A stretch of DNA of 61,076 bases, filler included, from Basidiobolus ranarum (GCA_040143965.1; 12 parts of 12 records of this genome joined end to end with filler, not necessarily neighbours in it), one strand, 5' to 3'; counted from the whole stretch's first letter, positions 12,725 through 25,527 are shown. Notes: generated by a model from the sequence alone, not told the origin. Numbers and translations: made by a program.

Positions 12725-14595
12725 ATGGCACACTCACAGAAAAGGGAAAGTCCGATAGGGAGTTTTACCAACAGAACTGCACTTCTAAGTACCACCCCCG
12801 GAACTTCCGATTATCGGAGTCTTTCCGGTCGTTCAGTTGTAGATGAGAACGATGGCTTTCGAGTTGGTAGTTTTGCTGGAGGATCTTCTCAACATCATTC
12901 TTTCTTAGAGGGTGACATTGCATCAAGTCCTGGGGCTTTTATCTCTAGGGATTTGTATAAAGCTCACGATGATTATATAAACAATGGAAAGTTAGTAAGA
13001 TCCAGGTCAACCGATGATTTACAATCTTTAAAGCCAGAATCTTTAATGGAGGAATTCAGAAGTCCCTTGGGCTTTAGGCAACATTTCATCAAAAACAAGG
13101 CCCATTTATCCGGAAAGGCTCCACCTAACTTAGTCACTCGTACTTGGATAGATTATTTAGACCTGTATGGGCATTTCGCTGGAGAAACTTTGGAAAGTGA
13201 TGACGAAGATGAATACGAAGATTATTATGCTCGGGTCGAATCTGATTTAGAAGACGATGAAGGTGACGAAACCCACTCCGGAAATGAAGAAAATGGTCAC
13301 GAGCAAGCAAGTTCTACGGGAACAGCCTCGGTTGGAAAATCCTTTTTCTTGCTGCTGAAATCATTCGTCGGGACCGGTGTGTTATTTATACCGAAAGCGT
13401 TTTACAATGGCGGGATACTGTTTTCCTCCGTTATCTTGGTCCTCATTGCTATTTTAACTTCGATCTGTATGCTACTTTTGATAAAGGTACATACCAAGAT
13501 TCCAGGCAGTTTTGGTGAGATAGGTGGAATCCTTTTCGGAGGTAAAATGCGAATTTCCGTAATGGTGTTAATTGTCCTTTCTCAGGTAAGGTTGCCATTT
13601 TTATTTGACCCAAGGAAACTAGAGTCAGCATGATGATTGATCAACCTCTGTAACAGATGGGCTTCGTCTGTGCTTATTTTATCTTTGTAGCGCAAAACAT
13701 CCGTGACCTTTTTTTGGCCATAACCGACTGTGCTGTCGATATTCCGCAACATTATTTTATCGCTCTTCAGCTTTTTATTTATATCCCCTTCGCTTGGATG
13801 CGTAAAATCAAGAGTCTGTCCTCGGCTGCATTAGTGGCAAATGTGTTCATTTTGTTTGGTCTTGCTTACATCTACTATATTGATACTAGTAGATTGATGA
13901 CTCTAGGACTAGCTAACGTACAGATGTTCAACCCCAAAGATTTCCCGTTGTTCATCGGCACAGCCCTATTCACCTTTGAGGGTATTGGGTTGGTAATTCC
14001 CATTGTTAATAATATGAAGGAACCTGAAAAGTTTCCCCGTATGCTGATTACCGCTATGGCTGTAATGACAGTGTTGTTTGTTTCTGTCGGTGCCCTCTCT
14101 TACTCTGCTTTTGGAGATGAGATTCAAACCGTAGTGCTTCTGAATATGCCTTACAAACATCCTATCACTGAATTAGTTCAGATATTTTACGTTTTGGCGA
14201 TAGTGTTGACTACACCATTAATGCTTTTCCCGGTTACGCGCATCATAGAGCAATGGATTTTCGGTACACGCACTGGCAAATATTCGTTCAAAGTTAAATG
14301 GCAAAAGAATTTGTCCAGGACAATTATTTGCATTTGCTTGGCCTTCATCGCATGGGGCGGTGCTTCCAATTTGGATAACTTCGTAGCATTGATCGGTGCT
14401 TTCGCTTGTATTCCACTGGTGTTTATATTTCCTGCAATGTACCATCTAAAAGCATCTGCTACCAACAGGCTTGTACGTTTAGGAGACTTGTTCTTGATCA
14501 TTTTCGGCTTTATTGTCATGTTCTATGTAACATACACCACTGTCACCGGATGGACAACTGCCCATGAGATTGATCGTTGCCCTGGTAAAAATTAG
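12725..14595 (+). CDS. Vacuolar amino-acid transporter, Avt3/Avt4-like (SLC36/Aa_trans); intron 13586-13656
   Basis: FRQHFI and LDLYGHFAGE with an acidic tract, LLKSFVGTGVLFIPKAF, FIGTALFTFEGIGLVIPI and multiple TM segments. A GTAAG..ACAG intron joins the two ORFs. Confidence 0.92.
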
Positions 14596-15321
14596 CCAGT
14601 ATGATGATATCCCTGCATTCTCCCTTCCTTTCTTCTCCAATTCGTATACATTTTCAGTGTATAGTCACGCTACAAAACTTCATTGCATCAGTATAATATC
14701 ACTCGATTGACTCGTCTTTACTGAGTTTGTCTCCTATTTTTGACCACTTTACACCTTTCTTATCACGTTTTCTTGTAAAAGATTGTCTTTGTAACGAGCC
14801 AACAAGCGCATCCAAAACTTAAATTCGTTTTCCTAATTCTTTAAAATTTCTACGAATCCTGACTGCATAACATTAAATTGAGTATGATATTGAATTTTAT
14901 CAATACAGCGATGAATCGAGATCCGGAGTTTTCTTTTCCCATCCGTGATTAAGATTATTGGACACTTTTGCAATATCGAAGAGAGCACGTCCTTCAATAT
15001 TTTCTGGTTTGGTCCTACAATAAAAGTGGATTAGGGTGCACAATAGTCACGGATATGTAAGTAATCGATCAGTTGCATAAGTTACTTTCGAAATGCACTA
15101 AAGAAAAATTCTCTACTACTATATAGAAAGGTGCTGAAGAAAAAGCCTCTACTACCTTCTGTTTGGTCTCTATTTTCCATGATGAATAAATATAGTTGAC
15201 CTGTGAATAATTGGTTGTCTGNNNNNNNNNNNNNNNNNNNNNNNNNNNNNNNNNNNNNNNNNNNNTTAATTAATTAANNNNNNNNNNNNNNNNNNNNNNN
15301 NNNNNNNNNNNNNNNNNNNNN

Positions 15322-18034
15322 GAGCTATTCTATCTCTCCTAGTCTTAGTTTTGGATAGATTTCTTACTTTTCTCTGAAGCATAGCCAAAGACAGTGTCAA
15401 CTTGTTGTCTGGAGAGTTACCACTGTTGGTGGCAACATATTGGATGTAACCTGCTGGTTTGTGGATTTTCTTCTTGATAAGGGAAATAGCAGTAGCAGCA
15501 ACTTCTTCATAGTATATGGCATTTGCCATTGCCCTGATTGGATTGGAAGAGAGTGATTTGGCATAGTGTAATCCAAATCTAATTCCCAGAGTCTCAAATC
15601 TGTCTGGTACTGACTCAATACCTGTGAGACTATGAACTAGTCTGTGGTATTGTTTGGAGTGAAAGGCTGAAGCATTGACAACCCATCCAAGAGCATTTCT
15701 TTGAAGAGCCTCAATTTTCCTGATTGAGTCCTGAGGTGCAGCTAGTAGCATCATGGGAGCAGCATATTCCCACTGAGACCTGACAAAGGATCTGAAAAGG
15801 TGCAGCCTAACCAGTGGAGGCCATCTACTACCTTTCAGCTGGAGATAGCCCAATGTGTGGGAAGCTTTTTCTACACATTTTGATATATGACCATCCCAAT
15901 CAATACCATGCTGAGTGATTGGGAGACCAAGGTAGGGATAGGAAGTAGGAGATGGTAGGGAAATTCCTTCAAGCTGAAGGCTCCAATCCATATTAGGACC
16001 CACAAAGGCAGATTTTGAAGGGTTAGGAACCATGCCATTATGGAAGCACCAGAGACTAATCATATCCAGCATTTCCTGAGCATGTGATTGATTTTTGGGA
16101 AGGAGCTGAATATCATCAGCAAAGAGCAATGCAGATGGGACAACAGATGAAGTATCTGTAGCATTCAGAGAAGCAGCTAGATCATCAATATAGATATTGA
16201 ACAGGAAAGGGGAGAGAAGTGAGCCTTGAAAAAGGCCTCTGTGTCTAGGAAAGGGATCTGATATGACTCTATTGATACTAATAGTGGAGTAGCATTTGGA
16301 GAAAAGGGAATGAACTATTCTGAGTAGCTGATCTGAGGCCCTTAAGTTCTTGAGCTTTCTCAGAAGCAATGGAATGACAACTCTATCATAAGCCTGCTTG
16401 AGGTCAATGAATACTCTATCAGCTCTAAGATCAGGGCCAGAGAGAGCAAAAGCATCATGAGAGATAATTGAATGACTTATTGTTGAGTATCCATTTCTGA
16501 ATCCTGCTTGAGCAGGATGAAAGCTAGAGAAGGTGGTTTTGTTCAGAGAGTTGAGCAAACAGGCCTCAAAGATTCTTCTTAGCATTGGGGTTAGGGCTAT
16601 TGGCCTAAAGTTATTGATGGTAGTGGCACCAAGCTTCTTAGGGATTGGATGAATATGTGAGATATTCCACTGTGAAGGTGTGCATCCAAGCTTGAGACAG
16701 TAATGGAAGAATTTCTGAAGATCACCAGGAAACTCCACTCCTTGAGCTAAAACTTTCAAAATACTGATGTGAAGTTGGTCAAGGCCAGCAGACTTAGAAG
16801 AAGGGTACTTTCTGATAACCTGGCAAATGGTCTTTTGACTAAACCACTCTGAGCCACTCAGAGTATCCTCAATTGGCCTACCATACTGTGGAATTAGCCC
16901 ATTGGTAAGGCATTCTTGTGAAGGATGGGAAAACACTTCTTGGAAATATTGGCAAGCATCTTTTACTGCAGAGATAGTTGGATCTCTAGAGTTAATTATA
17001 GCATTAGCCTGGGAATACTTTTGAGCCAGCTTAAACAAGGTAGCAGACTTTTGAGCAGCAGTAGTTGAATTCAGCTTTTGCAAGATGAGTCTTTCTGAGT
17101 TGTTTGGTTTAGATCTTACATCATGGACAGAGTAAGATCCCAAATGAGTCTCACAGACTGCTAAGGTTAGGGAGTAAAACACTGCATATGCAGCATCAAT
17201 TGCCCCAGAAATATGGCCAAATGGAGAACTACTAGTGAATGTATCTAGTAGAGTCCAAACTTTCTCCAAGGAAGTAGAATGTGAAGCATAATCCTTAATC
17301 AGCAAGCCCTGAATAGCAGCTTTTTCCAGTGGGTGTAGATAGAATTTAACAGCATCAGATGATGCTGAGACAGGTGGAACTATACTCAAATTAACATGAG
17401 CAGCCATGAATACATGATCTGACATATTCTTCAAGATATTTGACTGGAATGTCCACTCACCAGTGGCATTGTAGCTGAGAAATGCATGATCTGGAGTGTT
17501 CCCTGGAGGCTGGGGAGATAGATGAATTAGGCCAAGTGAGAGAGCCATTTCATCAAGTGCTTCTATTTGGATTCTTGGTCCAACTTTAGTAGAGCCAAAG
17601 TGAGAACCAAAGTGAGTGTTGACATCTCCTAGTAGGAGGGTGACTGGATTAGAAGGAAGATATTTCTTCAATCTAGGGCCAGACATTGATGGTGGAAAGT
17701 ACACTGCCATAATAGCATAGGAATCAAGAGTGATGCTTATGGTATACTCTGTAGTAGATACTTGAGAGATTAAAGGTCGGAGTTGAGAGGTAATAAGGCA
17801 AATAAGCCCAGCTTGTGCATGTCCATTTGGATTTGGGTTAGGGACAACTCTTTTAGAGGAGCATAAGAAGTATGGGTGAGATATGTGCAATGGTTGATCA
17901 ACAAACCAAGTTTCTGCTAAAAATATTATGTCATAGGAATTCTCCATTAGACTGATAATAGAAATCCACTTGTGGAAGCTTAAACCTTGACAATTCCAGA
18001 ATCCTATCTTTAGTGATAGAGGCACTTCTATCAT
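15322..18034 (-). CDS. LINE ORF2: APE-like endonuclease plus reverse transcriptase
   Basis: APE motifs FWNCQG, IIFLAETW, LLGDVN and SDH. RT motifs FRPIAL, QAGFR, FIDLKQAYDRV, GLFQGSLLSPFLF, LFADD and YPYLG. Confidence 0.95.
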
Positions 18035-19575
18035 TGGCTTTGGTTAGGAGCAGACTGGGTTTCTGACATATTATCTCCACTCTCTCTATTCTCAGCATGG
18101 TCATCAGGATCTTCAACATGGATCTCCTCAGGATTAGGAATATTCTTCAGATGAATGCCATATTCTAATGCCAGATCTGCTAAGTACTGCTTATAAATGC
18201 TCTGCTGAGACATATTATAAGATTGTTGAAGTCTTCTTTGGAAAGCTAACTGAATTTTTGCAGCAATATCTGGGGAAGCCTTTGGATCCATTGGCTTGGC
18301 AGGATTCACCTTGGGGAGGATTCTAAAAATGGGGTACTTCTTGGCTTGAGCACAGAAAGCATGAGCATAAGAAGCTATGACTGTGATCTCCAGAGTAGTT
18401 TTTCCTATGAAATCAATGCTCCATATCTTGCTGAGTTGAAATCTCAAATCATATAAGATAGATTTCACTTCTCTGATGGGCTGCTGTTTGATTCCTTGCA
18501 TGTAGATTCTACATACTTTGTGCTTAATTTCGGCATTGGTACTAGTATAAGGAGGTTTTGCACCAATACACTTTCTTAATGCAGAAGTCATTTTTTCAAT
18601 TTCCTCCTTGGTCCCCAACTTTGAGTTCTTCCTTGCAATCTCAGCAAATGTAGGCTTTCTTGTGAGGGATGGATTTGCAGCTGCTTGTGTTGATGGATGT
18701 GAGACTTGTGGCTGTGTGGAGAGATTGACCATAGTGCTTGAAGCAGCTGAGTGCTCAGGTCTAACCGAGTGGAAGGGCTCTGCAGTTTTCAAAGGCAATG
18801 GATGTGTATCAGCTGGAAGGTTCTTTCTTGAGGTCTCTGCTAACAGGATTAGCTTCTGAATCTGAGACTCCAAAGAGGAGAGCTTGAGCTCCATTGCTCT
18901 CATATTCTGCTCCATCTTGCTTAGTCTCAGGTTATTCTGAGAGGCTACTTCATTATTATGCAACTGATCATAGCCCAGTGTATGGGCTCTTCTTTTTCTT
19001 GAGATGTACACATTAGCTGATCCTCTGCTAGAAGTGGGGGAAAATGTTTTGTCACTTGCACCAAAAACAAATGCTTCATTGCCATATCTCTGTGGTAGTT
19101 TGGTGGCAATACTGTTGGATCCAAAGTAATGATCAATACTCTTTGCTTTTGGACTACTGGGAAGACTTTCATCTGTGGAACAAATGAGAAGCTGTTCATT
19201 CTCAGTAGCACTCAGCATGATATCATCAGCTTCCTCAGGCAGTGTTGCAAGTATTTCTTGGTGACAGGAGGATTTGTTGGCAGGGAGTAAGTTTTCAGGG
19301 AGTGACAGGCACAAAGTCCAAAACACAGAAGCTTTGTACTTAGTGAAGCATTTCTTGCATTTAAAGCAACCATAGGTAGATTTTCCAGTTCCATTTGAGT
19401 CCTTGGTAAATCCATGATCATTGAGACACTTGGGGCATAAAGCTTTTGAGTTTCCTTGCTGATAGGTAGCTAGTACAGTTTTAGCAGGTTCCACTGACCA
19501 GTACCAACCTCTAGGAAGATCCTCACCAGATCCAGGACTGGGGGTAGAGTTGTTATTGTTGAGTAATGTTGACAT
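18031..19575 (-). CDS. LINE ORF1 (nucleic-acid-binding protein)
   Basis: 514-aa ORF immediately upstream of ORF2, with an N-terminal CPKC...CKKC cluster, a heptad coiled coil (LSKMEQNMRAMELKLSSLE) and the TFAEIAR motif typical of ORF1 proteins. Confidence 0.8.
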   Translation of the reverse strand: MSTLLNNNNSTPSPGSGEDLPRGWYWSVEPAKTVLATYQQGNSKALCPKCLNDHGFTKDSNGTGKSTYGCFKCKKCFTKYKASVFWTLCLSLPENLLPANKSSCHQEILATLPEEADDIMLSATENEQLLICSTDESLPSSPKAKSIDHYFGSNSIATKLPQRYGNEAFVFGASDKTFSPTSSRGSANVYISRKRRAHTLGYDQLHNNEVASQNNLRLSKMEQNMRAMELKLSSLESQIQKLILLAETSRKNLPADTHPLPLKTAEPFHSVRPEHSAASSTMVNLSTQPQVSHPSTQAAANPSLTRKPTFAEIARKNSKLGTKEEIEKMTSALRKCIGAKPPYTSTNAEIKHKVCRIYMQGIKQQPIREVKSILYDLRFQLSKIWSIDFIGKTTLEITVIASYAHAFCAQAKKYPIFRILPKVNPAKPMDPKASPDIAAKIQLAFQRRLQQSYNMSQQSIYKQYLADLALEYGIHLKNIPNPEEIHVEDPDDHAENRESGDNMSETQSAPNQSQ

Positions 19576-20035
19576 ATCAAAGGCAATTAATCAAAGCAAT
19601 AAGAAGATATTTTTGTTGAATTGGTTGATTTTCAAAATAACTGGAAGATATAGAGGTTACTTATATATATCAGGGAATGATGGTGGCTTAGCTTCAATAA
19701 CATTCATCACTGATTCTATCATGGGCTAAGCAAGTAATCATCATGTTATCTAGAATAGGCATTGAGCAAAGCAATTGATGAAATCAATTGCCAAATCAAT
19801 GAATTATTTCAATTATCAATAAGAAGGTTTAGTAAAGAAGTTTAGTATATGCTGAGTCATAGAAGAAGTTAATGAATAATTAATCCTTCTGAGTCACAAG
19901 ATTAATGAAAGAAAAAAGATTGAGTAGTAATTCATGATGGTAGGTAGAAAAGAAGTACAATAGATTATCAAGTTACATAAGATATAAATAATTAATAGAT
20001 GGATAGTGTAAATAGTTATACAGCATTAAGGAATA

Positions 20036-20325
20036 AAAAGTTCTGATAGATAAATAGTATCTCATGACAAAAAGCATCAATAGTTTGAAAGTGTTAAAGG
20101 ATGAAACATATTGATGAATGAGAGGTGCTTACAGATCAAAGGTATCAGAGGATGCAAAGTGCTAATCAACCAAAAGTGCTAATGGCTCACAAGTGATGAA
20201 GGATTAAAAGTGTTAATAGATCAATAATGTTGAAGTATAAAAAGGGTTGGTGGATAAAAAGTGCTGATGGAAGAAGAGTGTTTTGAAATGAAAAGTGTGA
20301 AAGTATAAATAGTGTTGATGGATGC
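20036..20325. repeat. Degenerate 17-bp tandem array (consensus about AAAAGTGTTGATGGATN, roughly 17 units)
   Basis: Consecutive units include aaaagtgctaatggctc, acaagtgatgaaggatt, aaaagtgttaatagatc and, later, aaaagtgctgatggaag, aagagtgttttgaaatg, aaaagtgtgaaagtata, aatagtgttgatggatg. Confidence 0.75.
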
Positions 20326-21061
20326 NNNNNNNNNNNNNNNNNNNNNNNNNNNNNNNNNNNNNNNNNNNNTTAATTAATTAANNNNNNNNNNNNNNNNNNN
20401 NNNNNNNNNNNNNNNNNNNNNNNNNCCAAAATTTACTCCCCCCGAACCCATCAAACCCCCCCCCCCCCCTCATGGTTAAATCAGGACTGCAAACATATGA
20501 TACAGCAGTATGAGTTGTAAGCAGAAACACTATCTAAAGCTTCCTAGTATTGTATTTTTACTATAGAAATTTGGCATAGAAACTCAACGACTGTTACTTT
20601 ATCACTTATAATACCCCTTTACAACTCAACTTCAATTTACCTAATTGATAAGCAAATATTCAACCTAAACTCACTTATTTGCTCTAATGGTGCTTTAGAA
20701 ATGGTTGACAATTGAGATTTAAACACTAGCCTCGTTGTATCGATGAAGTCAGACTTTGTAACTCCCAATTTGTTAAGTTCTGGGTGATTGTTGAGTATAG
20801 AATTTCAGGTCATCAAGAAATCTGACTAAAGAATTTGTATTTTTTCTGTATTTTTGTAGGGTCAAGGATTTTGTTTTCAGAAAAGTATTTTTCAATTAAC
20901 TTTTGCCCTTCAAGCTAGAAAGTCTTTGACATCACAATGCATAGTGGTATGTTGTCTGTGGTGAACAGAATCTTTAGAACTTGTGGGTACTGACCTGTTG
21001 TTCATGCCTCCAACAGCAACTAGACTCTATTTCAATATTGAAACTTGTTAAAGATGATGCC

Positions 21062-21435
21062 TTTTGGAGTTTATTGTCTTCATCATATTTGTTATCTTTA
21101 TCTTTAGATACCTAACAATTTCATATAGCACACATAAGTTAGTTACATTATTTGTTCCAATATCACTTGGCTGAAAATTTGAATACATATTTTATATATA
21201 TGAGAATTATGTGAGAATTAGCAATTTATACTGGAAATTTCAAACTCCTTCAGATTTCCCAAAGATTGCTCATTTTACTCCTACAGATATTTTGTACACA
21301 ACTGCAGTGCTTGCTTTCTGAATTCTCACAAAAATGTCTAAATGCATTATTTCTGGTCAGTAAGTATATATCTCAGAAGTTCAGCACACCTCCAATTTTC
21401 TAAAGCTCCTCCAAACAGCCTATATTTACCCAATA
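21062..21435 (+). mobile_element. Copia family-B solo LTR with TSD ATGCC
   Basis: Reverse complement of the copies at 21855-22232 and 29374-29751; ATGCC at 21057-21061 and 21436-21440. Confidence 0.82.
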
Positions 21436-21854
21436 ATGCCTAACCATGGCAGGAGTCTAATGTAGTCACAGATCTTATCAACCTATTAGTCCTATCAAAT
21501 ATTGAGAACTTCATGGTAATGGATCTTGTACAACCAATAAAATTAAAAAACTCTCCCCCTATCAGGCAAAACAAACTCAACTACCACCAAAGCTATTCTA
21601 TCCTCTAGTGAAGATGACAATTCTTATGGCATTCTCAGATGCATTACATATAATCAATGTGGTCATAGATCCCTTGTCTCTCCTGAAACCAAAGCCCTTG
21701 CTGCTAAACTCACTGAAATCTCTGTGAAGACTGAAAGCCAAGAAACCAACAACTGTCAGAAATTCACAAGCTTTGAGAAGCTTATCAATAGAATGTGATT
21801 AAAGACTACTGATATCTCCTTGAAAACTTTGACACCTTTTTTTACAGTCAACAA

Positions 21855-22232
21855 TATTGGGAAAATATAGGCTGTTTGGAGGAACTTTAGAAAAGTGGAG
21901 TTGTGAATAGCTTTGTGAGATAATTATTTATTGTTCAGAAATAAAGCATTTATACATTTTGGTGGAAATACAGAAAACTAACACTGGTGTTGTGTTCAGA
22001 ACATCTGTGGGGGTAAAATGAGCTATCTTTGGGGCAATTTGGACAAGTTTGAAATATCCAATATGGAATTGCTAATTCTCACATTATTCACATATATATA
22101 TAATATATGTTCTGATTTTCAGCTAAGTGATGTTTGACTAAGTAATGTTAACTAACTTATATGTGATATATGAAATAGTTAGATGTATAAAGATTCAGAT
22201 AACAAATATGATAAAGACAATAAACTTCAACA
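21855..22232 (-). mobile_element. Copia family-B solo LTR with TSD AACAA
   Basis: Near-identical to 29374-29751; AACAA at 21850-21854 and 22233-22237. Confidence 0.85.
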
Positions 22233-22752
22233 AACAAAGGAGTCCCTTCACCCAACAAATTCATTGTCATTGAAGTAAGACTAACATTCTATGGGCATGC
22301 TTTCACTGCACTGATGAGTATAGGAGCAACAAACTCTATAATCTCACCAAATGCAATCAAAGTGTCCAAGTTAGAAATATAACTCTATGTAGTAAGCATT
22401 ATTCTAGTTGCTAACAACACTTCTGTGTCAAGAATTAAAGGCACAAATTGTTTCATAATCCAATAAAAAAAGATTTACAGGCTTTCAATCCTATAAAATC
22501 CTAGGAAAGTTGATTTTGGATGTCACAGGTGGACACTGATCATATTAGCAGAAAGCCATCAGGGAGTTATAAGAATAGCATCAACTTGCATTTTAGCTTC
22601 TTTTGTGCTGACTAACCAATGCTATTTTAATGGGATTCTGGCAGGATTTTTGGCAGCAAATTTATGAACAACAATTCAATCCAGTTACCTCAATTCTTGT
22701 CCTGGATTTAACCTTTTTCTGACAATTGTTGGTTAGTCTTTAACACATATAT

Positions 22753-23100
22753 TGTTGAAGTTAGTTTTGCCTAAATAGCTATATAGTCATATATAGCTTT
22801 GTACTTCATTATCTTATATTTTACTAAGATATTACCCATTATTCTCAATTGGGATCTACTTCAATTATTTTTACCAACTTAGGAGTTCTCAGATATATAT
22901 ATTTTTTAAACTTGTGCCAGAAGCCCCAAACTTTGCCCACATGTCCCTGTGACCTTCCTTGACACATTCAACATGTTAGTTTGTTTACATCTTCACAGAA
23001 CCATACTTTTCAACTCTCTGCTCAATAAATCAGTAAGTGAAAACCGCCAATGCCTCTCATTCTCCAAACCATTTTCAACAGGCTCCCAAATACTTTGAAA
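22753..23100 (+). mobile_element. Copia family-A solo LTR with TSD TATAT
   Basis: Matches family A over about 348 bp; TATAT at 22748-22752 and 23101-23105. Confidence 0.85.
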
Positions 23101-24429
23101 TATATTTGGGATACTCTTTTGCTCAGCATTCATAATGTTTGTTATTATAAACAGGCTTATTTTAGCTCTCATTGGAGCTAAAAAATGCATTAAATTATCC
23201 TTTTTTCACATCAACATATGCACTATTGTAATCAAGCTGCCATAACTCAAACATCTCTTTGCCAACTCCATTAAATGTGCTATGCCAACATTGTACATTA
23301 ATGTTCCCTATTGAAGTATCCATGAGACATAGCCATAAGTGTTACTTGATTCTAATTTGCCATTGGAATCCTGCTATATATTTGGATGAAAACTGATTTC
23401 CAACAACAAAAAATTGACTTGCAGCTCACATAATTTATCATTGAACCTTTGCATCAATTTATCATTCGGTAAAAATCTTGGTAAAAACTTCTCTCTGATA
23501 GGAGAGTGATTTTCACCAAGATCAATAAAATACTTTGATTTTTATTCATTGAATTCTGATCAAATTTGGTGCTTTTCCATATTTCATTCAGTTATGGAGT
23601 GCAGAGTAATATCTCCATTGTTACATTGTTCTGACAGCTCAAAATGAATCCACAATTTGATCAGCATACTCTTTGTTGTGCATCAACTTACAAAGTTGCT
23701 TAACTTGCACATTATGAATACAACATGCATGAATATCTGTTTATTTTATCATCATCACTAACTAGTCACCTGACCTTATCCAGTGATCCTATCATGTGAC
23801 TTATCACATGGCTAACTATCTATTCTCTTATCCCTTCTATCAGATCATATGAGCAATCACATGATCATTCTCCAATCAGTATTAAACTCTGAGTCATCTG
23901 CCTAGATGCAAGTCAATATAAGTCACAATATTCAGGACCAATGATCTTTCACTGCCAATACTTCAGCTGATGCATGACTTACATATCTATCTATCTATCT
24001 ATCCAATCACATTATCTTTTATCAGAATTAGTCATCTAATATCTTGGCACTGACTAATTCACTTTGCCATCAAAAAGTATAAATAAAGCTAACTGAACCT
24101 TTTGGTTTAGTGTGTGTCTCAACAAATATAGGATCTTAACACAGCTTTGTGTTTCTCAAGAAATTCAATATTCATCTCTCATATCTATCCAAGCCTAGTA
24201 TCCACTAGCACCTACAGAACACCAAGCCTAGCTGCCTAGTAAACCTACTCTTTACTGTAACATTGCAACCAACTGCTACTCCCAAGACATATATTAGTTA
24301 GATCTGCTCTGCTGATATATCCTGCTTAAACAGCTCTAATATTCTGCACTTAACTGTTTCTTTGGTTCAGTAAAGTTCAAGACTTCCTATCCACTTTTCT
24401 CTTGGACACAACACTCTCACTAAGGTTTT

Positions 24430-25427
24430 TTTCCAAAGTAGAACAAATCCTACATTTTGTGTGCCTCTGCATTTCCAGATTCAGTTTGTTTTTCTACTTT
24501 TACAATCTTTTGAAGCAATCTTTGCTTAAATCGCCAGTTCTTTTACAGTAATCACAGAATGTGTTACTTTTCTTCTTAAAGTGCTTTTTACCTTTATAGG
24601 AAGGTTTCCCATAGCCTATTAAAGTATTTTCTTCATTCTTTTGATTGGATCCCAATTTGCATAAATCTTCATCCAGAAGTTGGCCAAATACATAATTTAA
24701 GGTCAAATTCACAGTTCTTGATGCTAGAGCCATTACTAGGCTCTGAAACTTGTGTGTCAGGCTATTCAGGACTGTAACTATGAAATCTTGATCGGTGGTA
24801 GGTACTCCAATGCATTTTATTTCATCCACTAAAATAGTGGCTTTATTAATTAGTGATTTAATATAATCTCCTGGCTTCATCTTTAATATAAAGAATTGTC
24901 TTCTTACAAGCATCTTGTTGGCAGCAGAACTTGTTTGGTAGGTGTCTTCCAAGGCTTTCCATACCTTCTGGGCAGTTTTAGCTCCTGAACATTGAATTAG
25001 CAATTTGTCTTTAACATGAAGACAAATTGTGTTAAAGGCACTTTGTTCTGTTTTAACCTGGAGTAAGAGTTTGGTTTCAGATAGTTTTGCATTGTTTTCT
25101 TCTCCTGCAACAGTGTCTCAAAGTCCTTTTTCTTGCAGCAGCATTTTCATTTTAATTTTCCAAACTTGATAATTGGTTCCATTGAATTTTTCCAAAGAGG
25201 GAAAAGTTCCATAAATTTGAGCAGTAGATATTACAGAGAGTGCAAGCTTGGGGCACATAGCCTGTTAAAGTATTTGGGAGGCTGTTGGAAATGGTTTGGA
25301 GAATTAGAGGAATTGATGGTTTTCACTCATTGATTTATTGAGTAGAAAGTTGATATTTATAGTTTTGTCAAGGTGTAAGCAAACTAACATGTGGAATGTG
25401 TTAAGAAAAGTCCCAGGAGCATGTGTG
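24430..25427 (-). mobile_element. Copia family-A 5' portion: partial 5' LTR (25263-25427), PBS and degenerate gag
   Basis: Gag with TAQKVWKALEDTY, VLNSL and the zinc knuckle CDYCKRTGDLSKDC. A PBS-like GGCTATGTGCCC lies next to the LTR. Confidence 0.88.
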
Positions 25428-25527
25428 NNNNNNNNNNNNNNNNNNNNNNNNNNNNNNNNNNNNNNNNNNNNTTAATTAATTAANNNNNNNNNNNNNNNNN
25501 NNNNNNNNNNNNNNNNNNNNNNNNNNN

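Larger units (their letters stand above)
15322..19575 (-). mobile_element. Non-LTR retrotransposon (LINE), ORF1 plus ORF2 with open frames; 3' end cut by the contig end
   Basis: Two-ORF architecture with an ATGA stop/start overlap at 18031-18034; ORF2 encodes APE endonuclease plus RT. Confidence 0.93.

Noticed and set aside
20036-20325. Periodic array considered as a CRISPR-like locus
   Set aside because: Units are contiguous and degenerate, with no unique spacers and no cas genes.
23150-23720. Minus-strand fragment LMYNVG...GVGKEMFELW, reminiscent of a CACTA/EnSpm-like transposase motif
   Set aside because: Too degenerate, with a single motif and no TIRs seen.
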